Both the position numbers and the translations under genes were made by a program. DNA of 64,000 nucleotides from Alphaproteobacteria bacterium (GTDB lineage Bacteria > Pseudomonadota > Alphaproteobacteria > UBA7887). The notes under the pieces were generated by a model, which made no database searches, was not told the DNA's origin, and saw only the letters and a list, made by a program, of their open reading frames with translations. Shown here piece after piece: positions 41,227 through 50,788 of this stretch. Within the stretch, counting starts at the first letter, position 1. Each line of letters opens with the position of its first letter. The stretch lies in contig CBDCGL010000011.1 in the NCBI GenBank assembly GCA_965216755.1, positions 3,264,001 through 3,328,000 on the forward strand, read 5' to 3'.

Positions 41227-42570
41227 GGTGTATGCGGCCTCGATCGCCGCCGCGATCCGCAATATGCGGTGATCGGCGCCAAGTGGCGCCATGGCCATCA
41301 CGCCCGTTGGCGTCGCCGGATCCGGGCACGGCACGGTTGCCGCGCAGCAAGGCAAGACATTGCCCAACCGCGTGTTACGCAGCGCCAGCGCATTGGCAGG
41401 ACTGTATTTGTCGGGATCGTCGGCAACTGTGATGGGGGGCGGCAGGATCGGCGTTGTCGGCGCCAAGATCGCGTCATAGCCGGCCATGCGCGCATACAGG
41501 CTCTTGGTCAGGCGTGCCGCGGCCGCCGACACGGCGAGCGCGTCGGTCGCGCGCATATCGCGCCCCTGAAGGAATCGCGCCAAGACGTTGGGATCGATCC
41601 GATCGGGCTGCTGGTCGATGAAGTCGCGCCACACCGTGTAGCCTTCGGCGGTCACCGTGCCGCCGCGTTCATTCAAAATGTCGTCGATTTCCAGAAATTC
41701 CGGAACCGGACGCCAATCAACCGATGCGCCCGCGGCGGCCAGATGATCGATCGCCTGTCGAACTGAGTCTGCGACTTGTTTGTCGGCTTGGTCCCAGACC
41801 AAACTTTCGCAAGCCAGAAATCGGCGTCCGACCATTGACGCGGGCGCCAAAGGGACCGGCTTCCGCGCCGCCATGATGGCGAACAAGTGGGCGGCGTCGG
41901 CCACAGTGCGGGTCAGCGGGCCGACCGTGTCCAGGCTCGGTGACAACGGCAACACACCGTCGGTGGGCAAAACGCCGACCGAGGTCTTGAGTCCGACAAG
42001 TCGGTTCCATGCCGCCGGAATACGCACCGATCCGCCGGTATCCGAACCAATCCCGGCCGCGGCCAGGCCGCGCGCGGTACTCACAGCGGCGCCGCTCGAC
42101 GAACCTCCGGGCGCCCGCGGCACGTCGGTCATCACCGCGTTCGCCGGCGTACCGGTATGCGGATTGGTACCGATCCCGCCCAGCGCGAACTGCACGGTAT
42201 TGGTTTTGCCCAGGCAGATCAGGCCGGCGGCGCTGGCCCGTGCCAACACGGTGGCATCGTGGCTGGGGACGCGGCCGGCCAACAACGGGGTGCCCATCTC
42301 CGTCGCCACGCCGGCCGAGTCGTATATGTCTTTCCAAGAGAGCGGGACGCCATCCAGCGGACTGCGGCGCAAACCGGCGCGGGCACGCTCGCGCGCCGCG
42401 GCAGCTTCGGCGCGCGCCCGTTTCGGCGTCGTGCGCAGATAGACGACATGATCCGGATCTTCGCTGGCAATGCGGTCCAAGAACCGTTCGGTCAACGCGA
42501 CCGGATCCGCGGTACCTTTTTCGATCGCCGCGCCCAGGGCGCATGCACTTTTCATATCGTCCGATGCCAT
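41224..42570 (-). CDS. amidase signature family protein
   Basis: PLDGVPLSWKD, GKTN, PGGSSSG, GSDTGGSVRIPA. Confidence 0.92.
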   Translation of the reverse strand: MASDDMKSACALGAAIEKGTADPVALTERFLDRIASEDPDHVVYLRTTPKRARAEAAAARERARAGLRRSPLDGVPLSWKDIYDSAGVATEMGTPLLAGRVPSHDATVLARASAAGLICLGKTNTVQFALGGIGTNPHTGTPANAVMTDVPRAPGGSSSGAAVSTARGLAAAGIGSDTGGSVRIPAAWNRLVGLKTSVGVLPTDGVLPLSPSLDTVGPLTRTVADAAHLFAIMAARKPVPLAPASMVGRRFLACESLVWDQADKQVADSVRQAIDHLAAAGASVDWRPVPEFLEIDDILNERGGTVTAEGYTVWRDFIDQQPDRIDPNVLARFLQGRDMRATDALAVSAAAARLTKSLYARMAGYDAILAPTTPILPPPITVADDPDKYSPANALALRNTRLGNVLPCCAATVPCPDPATPTGVMAMAPLGADHRILRIAAAIEAAYT

Positions 42571-42655
42571 GTTAATGCGCGCCTCCCGCCGGCAATGCTA
42601 CGGTAGCGACGCCTGTCCAGCAATCGCGCTTTCACATGGCGGAGACGCAGTTTCG

Positions 42656-43939
42656 ATGACTGAGCACGAATCATTCACGGATGTTGCAGTGGTTGGCGGC
42701 GGTGTGGTCGGCTTGTCGCTGGCGTTGTCGTTGGCACGCGGCGGGATACGGGTTGCGGTCATCGACCGCGCAGCGCCGGCACAGCAGCGCATGCCGGCGT
42801 TTGATGGCAGGGTCCTGGCGATCGCACAAGGCTCGGCGCGGATTCTCAAGGCGCTCGGCGCCTGGTGGCGGCTGGCCGACGACGCGCAACCGATCTTCGA
42901 CATTCGGGTCACCGATGGCGATTCGCCGCTGCACCTCCATTACGACCACGCCGATCTCGGCAGCGATCCGCTGGGCTATATCGTCGAAATCCGCCATTTG
43001 CGTCGCGCCTTGCAAGAAGCGGCTGCGCAATCCCAGATCGATTGGCGGGCCCCGGCGAACATTGCCACGATCAGCCGCGACGCCGCGGTGGCAACGATCT
43101 CGTTCGACGATGGCTCTTGGTTGCGGGCGGCGTTGATTGTCGCGGCCGATGGTCGCGGTTCCGCGACGCGGCGTGACGCCGGTATCGGCGTTATCACGTT
43201 GCCTTACCGCCAGACCGCCCTGGTCTGCACGGTCGCCCACGAACGGCCACATCAGGGCATTGCGCATGAGCGCTTTTTGAACGCCGGCCCGTTTGCGATT
43301 CTGCCGATGACCGGGCGACGGTCATCCCTTGTGTGGACCGAGCGCGCCGATTTGGCGCCGGCGATAGCCGCGCTGGAAAGCGATGCCTTTCTGGCGGAAC
43401 TGCGATTACGGTTCGGCGATTTCTTGGGCAGGGTTAAAGTGACCGGTCCGCGTTGGTCTTATCCGTTGGAACTCTCGTACGCCAAACGCACGTCCGACCA
43501 GCGCTTGGTACTGATCGGCGATGCCGCCCATGGGATTCATCCGATCGCCGGACAAGGTTTCAATCTGGGCCTACGGGATGCCGCCATCCTGTCAGAGATG
43601 GTGATTGATGCCGCGCGGCTTGGCGAAGATTTGGGCGCCGCCTCGCTGTTGCGCCGGTATGCACGTCGGCGCATACCAGACCGAATTTCGATGGGCGTTG
43701 TCACGGATGGATTGAACCGGCTGTTTTCGAATGATCTAGCACCGCTTCGCTTCATACGCGATCTTGGACTGGCGGCCGTTGACCAACTGCCGCCGCTGAA
43801 ACGCGTGTTTATGCAGCATGCCATGGGGTTAATGGGCGATGTGCCGCGCGCGGCGCGAACCGCGCGGATTGCCTCTCGGGGCCGATCAACGCGTTACGGG
43901 TCGCGGCTTAGACCCTCACGCGCCAGCGCCTCGAAATAA
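42656..43939 (+). CDS. UbiH/UbiL-family FAD-dependent ubiquinone hydroxylase
   Basis: VVGGGVVG, AADGRGS, GPFAILPM, IGDAAHGIHPIAGQGFNLGLRDA. Confidence 0.9.
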   Translation: MTEHESFTDVAVVGGGVVGLSLALSLARGGIRVAVIDRAAPAQQRMPAFDGRVLAIAQGSARILKALGAWWRLADDAQPIFDIRVTDGDSPLHLHYDHADLGSDPLGYIVEIRHLRRALQEAAAQSQIDWRAPANIATISRDAAVATISFDDGSWLRAALIVAADGRGSATRRDAGIGVITLPYRQTALVCTVAHERPHQGIAHERFLNAGPFAILPMTGRRSSLVWTERADLAPAIAALESDAFLAELRLRFGDFLGRVKVTGPRWSYPLELSYAKRTSDQRLVLIGDAAHGIHPIAGQGFNLGLRDAAILSEMVIDAARLGEDLGAASLLRRYARRRIPDRISMGVVTDGLNRLFSNDLAPLRFIRDLGLAAVDQLPPLKRVFMQHAMGLMGDVPRAARTARIASRGRSTRYGSRLRPSRASASK

Positions 43940-44277
43940 GCCTGCCACAGGCTGTCCTGATTCTCGCCCAAATGGCGCAGGTAACCCCAGCTGAAGATGC
44001 CGGTATCGTGGAGATCATCGAAATTGATTCGGATTGCATAGTTGCCGACCGGTTCGATGGTCATGATCCCGACGTGGCGTCGGCCCGCGATAATCCGTTT
44101 TTGATCACGGCCATGGCCCTGTACCTCGGCTGACGGGCTTTCAACACGCAGCAACTCTGCCGGCAGCTGAAAGCTGCGGCCATCGTTGAAATCGATCTCC
44201 AACATCTTTTCCGCCGATTTGAGCCGGATTTCGGTCGGCCAATGCGCACTTTCCGGCCCATGCGGCCCGGCGGTCAT
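43894..44277 (-). CDS. DUF971 family protein
   Basis: [40 protein letters not shown]. Confidence 0.9.
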   Translation of the reverse strand: MTAGPHGPESAHWPTEIRLKSAEKMLEIDFNDGRSFQLPAELLRVESPSAEVQGHGRDQKRIIAGRRHVGIMTIEPVGNYAIRINFDDLHDTGIFSWGYLRHLGENQDSLWQAYFEALAREGLSRDP

Positions 44278-44510
44278 GAGTCCCCGGCCGCGCCGCCGTC
44301 GCTTGGCTCGTCTAAGCGGCGCGCTTCTTCCGGCAGCATAATCGGGATGCCATCCCGGATCGGATAGGCGAGGCCGGCTTGTTCGCTGATCAGCTCCTGC
44401 GCTTTGGCGTCATAGCGCAAGGGGCCATGACACACTGGGCACACCAAGATCTCCAGCAGCTTCGGGTCGACCGCCGGCGTGGATTGCGGCTCTTGCGGGG
44501 CATCGGTCAT
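44274..44510 (-). CDS. Trm112-like (YcaR) protein
   Basis: [23 protein letters not shown]. Confidence 0.92.
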   Translation of the reverse strand: MTDAPQEPQSTPAVDPKLLEILVCPVCHGPLRYDAKAQELISEQAGLAYPIRDGIPIMLPEEARRLDEPSDGGAAGDS

Positions 44511-44551
44511 CGCGCGGTTCTCAATTGCGGGTTACCGTGGCTTTGGCCGCA

Positions 44552-45235
44552 TTAATGGCTGGTCGCGCCCGACTGATCAAGGACGGCCATGGTCAGCAAC
44601 GAGATCATCAGTTCAGTCCGCTCCGCCAATCCGGGGGCTTCCAGCAACGCCTGTTTTTCTGGCGTATCGAACGGGCACACCATGGCCAGTGAGGTGACCA
44701 GTTGATCGCCGGGCGCGTCTTCGATGGCTTTCCAGTCGGCGGAGATCTGCTGGGTCTTGAAATAGCGTTTCAGCGCTGGCATCAGCCGGCCTCGATCGAC
44801 GGTTTGTGACTCGGCCGGGGTGATATCATCGGCAAATGGCAGCCAATTCGCCGCGACTCGACGATAGCCGTTGATCAGCGGCAACTCTTCTTCGTTCTCG
44901 AACCGGCAGATGCCGGTCAGGGTGATCAAATAACGGCCATCGTCGGTTTCGTTCAACGACGTAATCCGGCCGGCGCACCCGACTTTGTAAATCGGCGGTG
45001 CGCTCTGGTCGGCACCGTCGTCGCGCGGTTGGACCATGCCGATGATCCACTCCGCCGCCAGGGCATCACGGACCATTGCCAAATAACGCGGCTCGAAAAT
45101 GTTGAGCGGCAGCTTTCCGCGCGGCAGCAGCAGGACACCGTCAAGCGGAAAGACGGGAATAATCCGTGGCAAGTCCTGAATCGTGGTGGGCGGCGTACTC
45201 CGGGGGGGCATGGGATGGTCCTTGATCGGGCTCAC
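44552..45235 (-). CDS. LON peptidase N-terminal domain protein
   Basis: PVFPL..LLLPRGKLPLNIFEPRYLAMV, GCAGRIT, EKQALLEA. Confidence 0.9.
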   Translation of the reverse strand: MSPIKDHPMPPRSTPPTTIQDLPRIIPVFPLDGVLLLPRGKLPLNIFEPRYLAMVRDALAAEWIIGMVQPRDDGADQSAPPIYKVGCAGRITSLNETDDGRYLITLTGICRFENEEELPLINGYRRVAANWLPFADDITPAESQTVDRGRLMPALKRYFKTQQISADWKAIEDAPGDQLVTSLAMVCPFDTPEKQALLEAPGLAERTELMISLLTMAVLDQSGATSH

Positions 45236-46158
45236 GAGAACAGCATCGAAGACAATTTCCGCCGGCCGTCGACGGTGACCGGGTCGGTGTGGCCAAAAGC
45301 CTCAAAGAACTTCAGCAGTTGCAAGCGCGCCGCGTCTTCGTTCCAGGCGCGGTCGCGGCGAATGATCTCTAGCAGATGGTCAACGGCGGCAGCTTTGTCA
45401 CCAGCCGCAAAGCGGGCCATGGCCAGATCGAAGCGGGTTTGGTGATTGTCCGGGTCGGCTTGCAGCTGCCGCTCCAAGGCATCGCTGCCACCGCCGTCGC
45501 TCTGATCGCGGGTGGCGGCCGCTTGTTCGGCCAAATCCAGTGCTGAACGCGCGCTGGTGATGGCGCTGTCTTTGGCGATCGACGGATCGGCTGAGTCGAG
45601 AATATCGCGGGCCTCGGCCAGATCGTCTTTGGCCAAGGCACAACGGGCGAGCCCCGCGATGGCGGCGGCGTTGGCGCCGTCCATGCGCAGCACTTCGCCA
45701 TAAATTTGGGCGGCCATGTCGGTCTCGCCATTTTCGAGCGCGGCGGCCGCCTGTTCCATTGCGGCTTCGATCGGGTTAGGGCCGCCGGCGCTGGCCAAGC
45801 GCCCAACAAAGCTTTTGATTTGGCTCTCCGGCAGGGCGCCGACGAAACCATCGACCGGCCGGCCGCGATGAAACGCGTAGACGGCCGGAATCGACTGGAC
45901 ACGGAACTGGGCGGCCAGCTCCTTGTTCTCGTCGACATTGATCCTAACCAGCTTGACGGCGCCCGCGGTGGCGCGCACAGCATTTTCGATCGCCGGCCCC
46001 AATTGCTTGCATGGGCCGCACCAGGGTGCCCAAAAGTCGACCACGATCGGCGTTTCGTCCGACGCTTCGATTACGTCGACCATGAAGTTTTCGGTGTCGC
46101 TGTCTTTGACCGCGTCGGCCGCACTGCCTCCGCCGCCGGCGCCAATAATCGGTTCCAT
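45232..46158 (-). CDS. cnoX: thioredoxin-TPR chaperedoxin (CnoX/YbbN)
   Basis: VDFWAPWCGPCK, PVDGFVGALPES, TPR region, C-terminal RRKLSSMLFS. Confidence 0.88.
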   Translation of the reverse strand: MEPIIGAGGGGSAADAVKDSDTENFMVDVIEASDETPIVVDFWAPWCGPCKQLGPAIENAVRATAGAVKLVRINVDENKELAAQFRVQSIPAVYAFHRGRPVDGFVGALPESQIKSFVGRLASAGGPNPIEAAMEQAAAALENGETDMAAQIYGEVLRMDGANAAAIAGLARCALAKDDLAEARDILDSADPSIAKDSAITSARSALDLAEQAAATRDQSDGGGSDALERQLQADPDNHQTRFDLAMARFAAGDKAAAVDHLLEIIRRDRAWNEDAARLQLLKFFEAFGHTDPVTVDGRRKLSSMLFS

Positions 46159-46215
46159 GTCCCTCACCTGTGGCGATCGCGTTGTGGTTATGGGCGCGCG
46201 CACGCGGCGCTGCCG

Positions 46216-46758
46216 CTAAGGCTTGGACTCCTGGACGGGCCGGACCGCGCCGGTCAAGGCGTCAAGATCAATGATATAAGAAGGCTGCCCGCAAGCGACA
46301 ATGAAAGCCTGCAGGTCGGCCGTCGCGATGGTGGTGGTCGCCGCGTTATGCAACGGATGAAAGTTGACCCGCTCTTGGCGCAGCATTGTGGCATCCAGCA
46401 CCACATGAACCGTGCGCGCGGCCTCGTTGATCAGCCCAAAAGGCGTCACCGCGCCGGGTTCGACACCCAGTGTGGCGCGCAACAGCTCCGGTTTGCCGAA
46501 CGACCAGGATTTCACGCCCAAATGCCGCGCCAGTGCCTTTAGGTCGATACTTCGCTCTTCGTCGGCGACGACCAACCAGATATCATTGGCTTTGTCCTTT
46601 AAAAACAGACATTTGCAATGTCCCCCAGGAATCTCGCCACGAAGCGCGCGGCTTTCCTCGACTGTGAACACAGGCGCGTGGCGGACCGTTTGGGTCGCGA
46701 TATCAAGCGCTCTCAAGCGCGCAAACAAGTCCTGCTCGGTGGCGGCCGTATCAGTCAT
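46216..46758 (-). CDS. aminoacyl-tRNA deacylase (ProX/YbaK family)
   Basis: HAPVFTVEE, KCLFLKDK, LGVEPGAVTPFGL, NFHPLHNAATT. Confidence 0.9.
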   Translation of the reverse strand: MTDTAATEQDLFARLRALDIATQTVRHAPVFTVEESRALRGEIPGGHCKCLFLKDKANDIWLVVADEERSIDLKALARHLGVKSWSFGKPELLRATLGVEPGAVTPFGLINEAARTVHVVLDATMLRQERVNFHPLHNAATTTIATADLQAFIVACGQPSYIIDLDALTGAVRPVQESKP

Positions 46759-46834
46759 CGTTGGCCATCATAAGGGTTGTGCGGCCGGGACGACATCCCC
46801 GCATGCGCGTCGCGCAATGCCGTGGCGGGGCAGC

Positions 46835-46862
46835 TTGCATTGGCCCCCGAAAGGCCTATTAT
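46835..46862 (+). promoter_or_regulatory. putative sigma70 promoter of tRNA-Gly
   Basis: TTGCAT-N16-TATTAT about 50 bp upstream of the tRNA. Confidence 0.45.
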
Positions 46863-46911
46863 CCGTGACCTTGACCGCACCCGCCTGGGGCACAGGCCGG
46901 TGGCGTGGGGC

Positions 46912-46986
46912 GCGGGCGTAGCTCAGGGGTAGAGCGCAACCTTGCCAAGGTTGAAGTCGTGAGTTCGAATCTCATCGCCCGCTCCA
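46912..46986 (+). tRNA. tRNA-Gly (GCC)
   Basis: GCGGGCG/CGCCCGC acceptor stem, anticodon arm AACC-TTGCCAA-GGTT, T-loop GTTCGAATC, encoded CCA; 75 nt. Confidence 0.97.
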
Positions 46987-47051
46987 GAATTCCCTTCGGA
47001 CATTTCGCCGGAAGTTTTCGGTGTCGTTGCGTGCGCACGCGGGCGCCCTAG

Positions 47052-47261
47052 TCTGGATCGCGAACCGTCACGAAACGAGGCGTCGCGGCGACGGTGCTCG
47101 TGCCGATCGATGAGTAGCAGAGACTCCAACAAGTGACCACACCGAGCTTGAAGGATCTGCAGTTGACGCCCAAAGCGCGAGCCGAGGCATTGGTCCTGCC
47201 GCGCCGGACGTTGCGGCATCGCGCGACACCTGTTTTGACCGATAGAAGGGCCCATGATTGA
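47052..47261 (+). pseudogene. Phd/YefM-family antitoxin remnant
   Basis: Frame reads SGSRTVTKRGVAATVLVPIDE*QRLQQVTTPSLKDLQLTPKARAEAL; in-frame TAG at 47115-47117 where Trp is usual; N-terminus lost. Confidence 0.65.
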
Positions 47262-47305
47262 CGATCTTGGCGCCATCATCGAACGACGTGATGGGCCTGC
47301 GCGCC

Positions 47306-48316
47306 TTACGCGACCGGGTCGCTGAGGCGCAGAAGTCGGCGCGCGGGTGCCAAGAAAATCCGTTGCGTGCCGCGCGCGACAGTCGCGAATGACAAGACCC
47401 AGGTGAGCGCCACGGCCAGGATTGCCGCGGCGGCCAAGGTCGGCATCGGCGACCACTGGCCAATCAGGCCGATGATCCCATTGCCGATCAAAAGCTTGAT
47501 CAGAAATCCATGCCATAAATAGGCATATAACGAATTGGCGCCCGCCGCTGAGATGATCGTCGACTTGGCGGGCATCAGAAACAGCACGGCCACCGCCGTT
47601 CCAAACGAAACGCCATACAGCAATAGGCGCACCGCGGCGCCCGACACAATATCGACATGTAAGGAGGCATAGGCATAACTGCCATAAAGCCACTGATGGG
47701 GCATATCATGCAGGTACGTAAACAGACCAATGTTCAGTATAGGTATGATCAGCCAGATAAGTTTTGGAATACGTCGCTTGTGCGTTTCCGATAGGATGGT
47801 CGGTGCCAGCAAATGCCCGAGAACAAAAAATGGAAAGAAAACGAGGGTTCGCGACAACCCAAGACCATAGCCGATTGCCTGGCACGCGCCGGCCGCGATG
47901 GCGATGGAGATTGTCAGAAAAAGCGGTACGCGACAGGCCAAGACCACAGGCAGCAACAGCCGCCAAAAGAACAAACTGAGCAGAAACCAGAGAATCCAAT
48001 AGGGCTCGAAATTGCGCGTAGAGCTGCTGAAGGCGCCCCTGGTGAACAGATCGAAACCCTCGTACAACGCTGTGAAAATCAGCAACGGCACAAGAATCGT
48101 GCCGGCCGCCGCAGCGACGTCTTTGCCGCCAATTCTTGCTTTCGCCAGCATCCCCGCGATCATCACAAAGACCGGCATGTGAAATGAATAGACGCTCAGA
48201 TAGATGGTCTTGAGCAGGGCATGTCGATCAATCAACGGCTCGATGATATGCCCAAAGACAACCAGCCCGATCATGACAAACTTGGTGTTGTCCAAAAGAT
48301 CAATGCGACCCGTCAT
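47306..48316 (-). CDS. acyltransferase 3 family membrane O-acetyltransferase
   Basis: RIDLLDNTK..LVVFGH, YSFHMPVF, LWFLLSLF, GANSLYAYLWH; multiple TM helices. Confidence 0.88.
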   Translation of the reverse strand: MTGRIDLLDNTKFVMIGLVVFGHIIEPLIDRHALLKTIYLSVYSFHMPVFVMIAGMLAKARIGGKDVAAAAGTILVPLLIFTALYEGFDLFTRGAFSSSTRNFEPYWILWFLLSLFFWRLLLPVVLACRVPLFLTISIAIAAGACQAIGYGLGLSRTLVFFPFFVLGHLLAPTILSETHKRRIPKLIWLIIPILNIGLFTYLHDMPHQWLYGSYAYASLHVDIVSGAAVRLLLYGVSFGTAVAVLFLMPAKSTIISAAGANSLYAYLWHGFLIKLLIGNGIIGLIGQWSPMPTLAAAAILAVALTWVLSFATVARGTQRIFLAPARRLLRLSDPVA

Positions 48317-48473
48317 CCTGGCGGCGCTCTCGGTTGCCTGACATCAGTGGCAACTGAGCTAATCCGATCGATCATCAGGTCAAGCCGCGGGTCGCCAACC
48401 CCACCTTCACGGGCGCACAGCTTTCTTCTTCAAGGTAGGGCTGGCCGGCCGCCGTGGCCGCGCGAAACGCGCC

Positions 48474-49085
48474 CTAAGTCCCGAAATGCGTCTGCCACGC
48501 CGGGATCGCCTGGAGCTGGCTATACCAGCGCAAGATATGATCGGCGTCGTCAAACGGCATTTGGCACGGCTGCCAATGGGCGACGCTGCCGCCGACAAAA
48601 AAATCGACAAACGACAGATCGTCGCCGAGCATGCACTTCGTGCGCCGAAGATGGCCGTCAAGAACGGCGACCGGCTCCCGCATTTGAGCGCGCCCGCGCT
48701 CGATCACGGCTGGATCGGGATCGCCCAGGCCGAGCGCCGGCTTGGCCAAAAATTCGAAGCCCAACAGATCCGAACCCGGCACCCAGTGCATCTGAATCCA
48801 CGAGATCCAGCGGGTGGCATCGGCGCGTGCGCGTGTCGTCGCCGGGCTCAACGGCGAGGCGGCCTGTTCGCAAAGATACTGCATAATCGCCGCGTGCTCC
48901 CACAGAACGAAGTCGTCGTCGACCAGCGTCGGCACACGGCCATTGGGATTTATCGCCAAATAGTCGGCGGCCTTCTGGGCGCCTTTTGTCAGATCCACCG
49001 AGATCTGCTCGACATCGAGCCCGAGATGATCGACCAAAGCCCAAACACATTTGTTGCGCGGCGTCGGAAATCCAAAGAGTTTCAT
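48474..49085 (-). CDS. glutathione S-transferase family protein
   Basis: YLAINPNGRVPTLVD, LWEHAAIMQYL, MLGDDLSFVDF. Confidence 0.9.
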   Translation of the reverse strand: MKLFGFPTPRNKCVWALVDHLGLDVEQISVDLTKGAQKAADYLAINPNGRVPTLVDDDFVLWEHAAIMQYLCEQAASPLSPATTRARADATRWISWIQMHWVPGSDLLGFEFLAKPALGLGDPDPAVIERGRAQMREPVAVLDGHLRRTKCMLGDDLSFVDFFVGGSVAHWQPCQMPFDDADHILRWYSQLQAIPAWQTHFGT

Positions 49086-49122
49086 GGTGTCCCTCGTCTT
49101 GGTTTTTTGCCGATACCCGTAA

Positions 49123-49149
49123 GACGAACGACGACGCGAAACTAGGACA
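49123..49149 (-). promoter_or_regulatory. putative ECF42-type promoter upstream of the GST gene
   Basis: Minus strand TGTCCT-N17-CGTC, resembling the ECF42 motif TGTCGA...CG(A/T)C. Confidence 0.45.
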
Positions 49150-50380
49150 CCAAAAGTTCCGCCATGAGGCGGCGCGCTTGATTTTCCAGGTAACGACGTT
49201 CGGCGACGGTCGGCGCATGGGCGGCCGCCTGGGTATAGAAATCGACCGCCTGGTCTGTCTCGCCGGCCTGTTCGCAGACATAAGCCTGGGCGGCGCACAA
49301 TGGCTGATAGGACTTCAACCGCGGGTCTTCGCTGGCTTCCTTGAGCAATGATTGCGCTTGATTGAGTCGGTTGGCGAATGCGCAGGCGACGGCCCAGTTG
49401 ACCGTCACGACCGGCGACGGGAAGCGTCGCGCCAGATACGCGTAGAGGTCGCAGATCTCGGACCAGCGGGTTTTCTCCGCCGATGGGGCCCGGCAATGTT
49501 CGGCGGAAATCGCCGCCTGTAGTTGATAAGCGCCCGGCAGTCGGCGCGCGCGAAACTGTCGATCGACAATGGCCAGCCCTTCGGCGATTTGCTCGCGGTC
49601 CCAGCGCCCGCGATCTTGCTCGCTAAGCGGCACGAATGACCCCTGGGTGTCGAATCGTTCGCCAATGCGGGCGTGGTGAAGCAATAGCAACGCAAGCAGG
49701 CACTGCGCTTCACCGTCGTCCGGAAACATGCGCGCGATCTGTCGCGCCAAGCGCACGGCCTCTGCGCAGACATTGATATCGCGGGCGGCATCGCAAACGC
49801 TGTAGCCTTCGTTGAACAACAGATAGATGACGTGACAGACCGCTTGCAGCCGTTGACGCAAATGCGCGGGCGATGGCACTTCATAGGGAATGCCGGCGTC
49901 ACGTATTTTCTTTTTCGACCGAACCAGGCGCTTTTCTACGTTGGTGGCGCTGGTCAAATAGGCCCGTGCGATCTCTTCGGCGGAAAATCCCAGCACATAT
50001 CTCAGGGTCAAGGTCGATTGCGCGGTTCGTGACAGATCCGGATGGCAGCAGGTAAAGACCAAGCGCAACAGATCGTCATCGAAATGGGCGCCGTCATTGT
50101 CTGGCTCGGCGGCGTTTGGCGCTAGTGTTGCGGCCGCCTGTCGCCAATTCTCGTGGGTGCTGCGGCCGCGCAGCTCGTCGATCCAAAGGTTGCGCGCGAC
50201 ATGGACGAGCCAGGCGCGCGGATGGTCCGGCACTTTCTGCGACCAGGCGGAAAGTGCCCGCAAACAAGCTTGCTGAAGCAGGTCTTCCGCTTTGTCGAAA
50301 TCGCCGCACAGGCGAACCAAAACGCCCAAGGCCGGGCCGTAAGCGGCGCGCAACGCCCGGTCGATGGCGGCCTCGGCCAT
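49142..50380 (-). CDS. ECF sigma factor with C-terminal TPR extension (ECF42-type)
   Basis: DDLLRLVFTCCHP, RLVRSKKKIRDAGIPY, IYLLFNEGY, QDRGRWD, YQLQAAI, SPVVTVN; 412 aa; downstream of a DGPF gene. Confidence 0.88.
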   Translation of the reverse strand: MAEAAIDRALRAAYGPALGVLVRLCGDFDKAEDLLQQACLRALSAWSQKVPDHPRAWLVHVARNLWIDELRGRSTHENWRQAAATLAPNAAEPDNDGAHFDDDLLRLVFTCCHPDLSRTAQSTLTLRYVLGFSAEEIARAYLTSATNVEKRLVRSKKKIRDAGIPYEVPSPAHLRQRLQAVCHVIYLLFNEGYSVCDAARDINVCAEAVRLARQIARMFPDDGEAQCLLALLLLHHARIGERFDTQGSFVPLSEQDRGRWDREQIAEGLAIVDRQFRARRLPGAYQLQAAISAEHCRAPSAEKTRWSEICDLYAYLARRFPSPVVTVNWAVACAFANRLNQAQSLLKEASEDPRLKSYQPLCAAQAYVCEQAGETDQAVDFYTQAAAHAPTVAERRYLENQARRLMAELLVS

Positions 50381-50745
50381 CAGCGATCAGACGAATGATC
50401 GGCGACCGGGCGCACCTCGATCGTGCCCGAAGACACATTTGGAATGAGCGCGGCATAGCCAAGGGCGTCGTCGAGCGTGGCGCAGTCGATGAGATAATAG
50501 CCGGCCAGCTGCTCGGTGGTTTCGGCAAATGGGCCATCTGTTATGTCGACCGCACCATCGCGCGCGCGCACCAATTTCGCGGTCGCGCTTGGCGCCAATG
50601 GCTGGGTGGTATAAGCCACGCCGTCGGCCTTGAGCCGGGCGTGCAGAGCGAAATGGCCATCCAGCGTCGCGCCGCGCTCTTGTTTGGTTTTGTGCCGCCA
50701 AATATGCTCGGCTTCATAAATCAACAACATGTACTGCATGGTCAT
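50380..50745 (-). CDS. YciI/DGPF family protein
   Basis: MQYMLLIYE, TDGPFAETTEQLAGYYLID, TIEVRP. Confidence 0.9.
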   Translation of the reverse strand: MTMQYMLLIYEAEHIWRHKTKQERGATLDGHFALHARLKADGVAYTTQPLAPSATAKLVRARDGAVDITDGPFAETTEQLAGYYLIDCATLDDALGYAALIPNVSSGTIEVRPVADHSSDR

Positions 50746-50788
50746 CCCTATCCTGACTTGGCGCCGTCGGGTGGCGCGCGAAGGCCGG

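Noticed and set aside
46923-47693. 256-aa minus-strand ORF ending GAGDEIRTHDFNLGKVALYP
   Set aside because: The C-terminus is the antisense translation of tRNA-Gly and the rest overlaps the acyltransferase; a common spurious call
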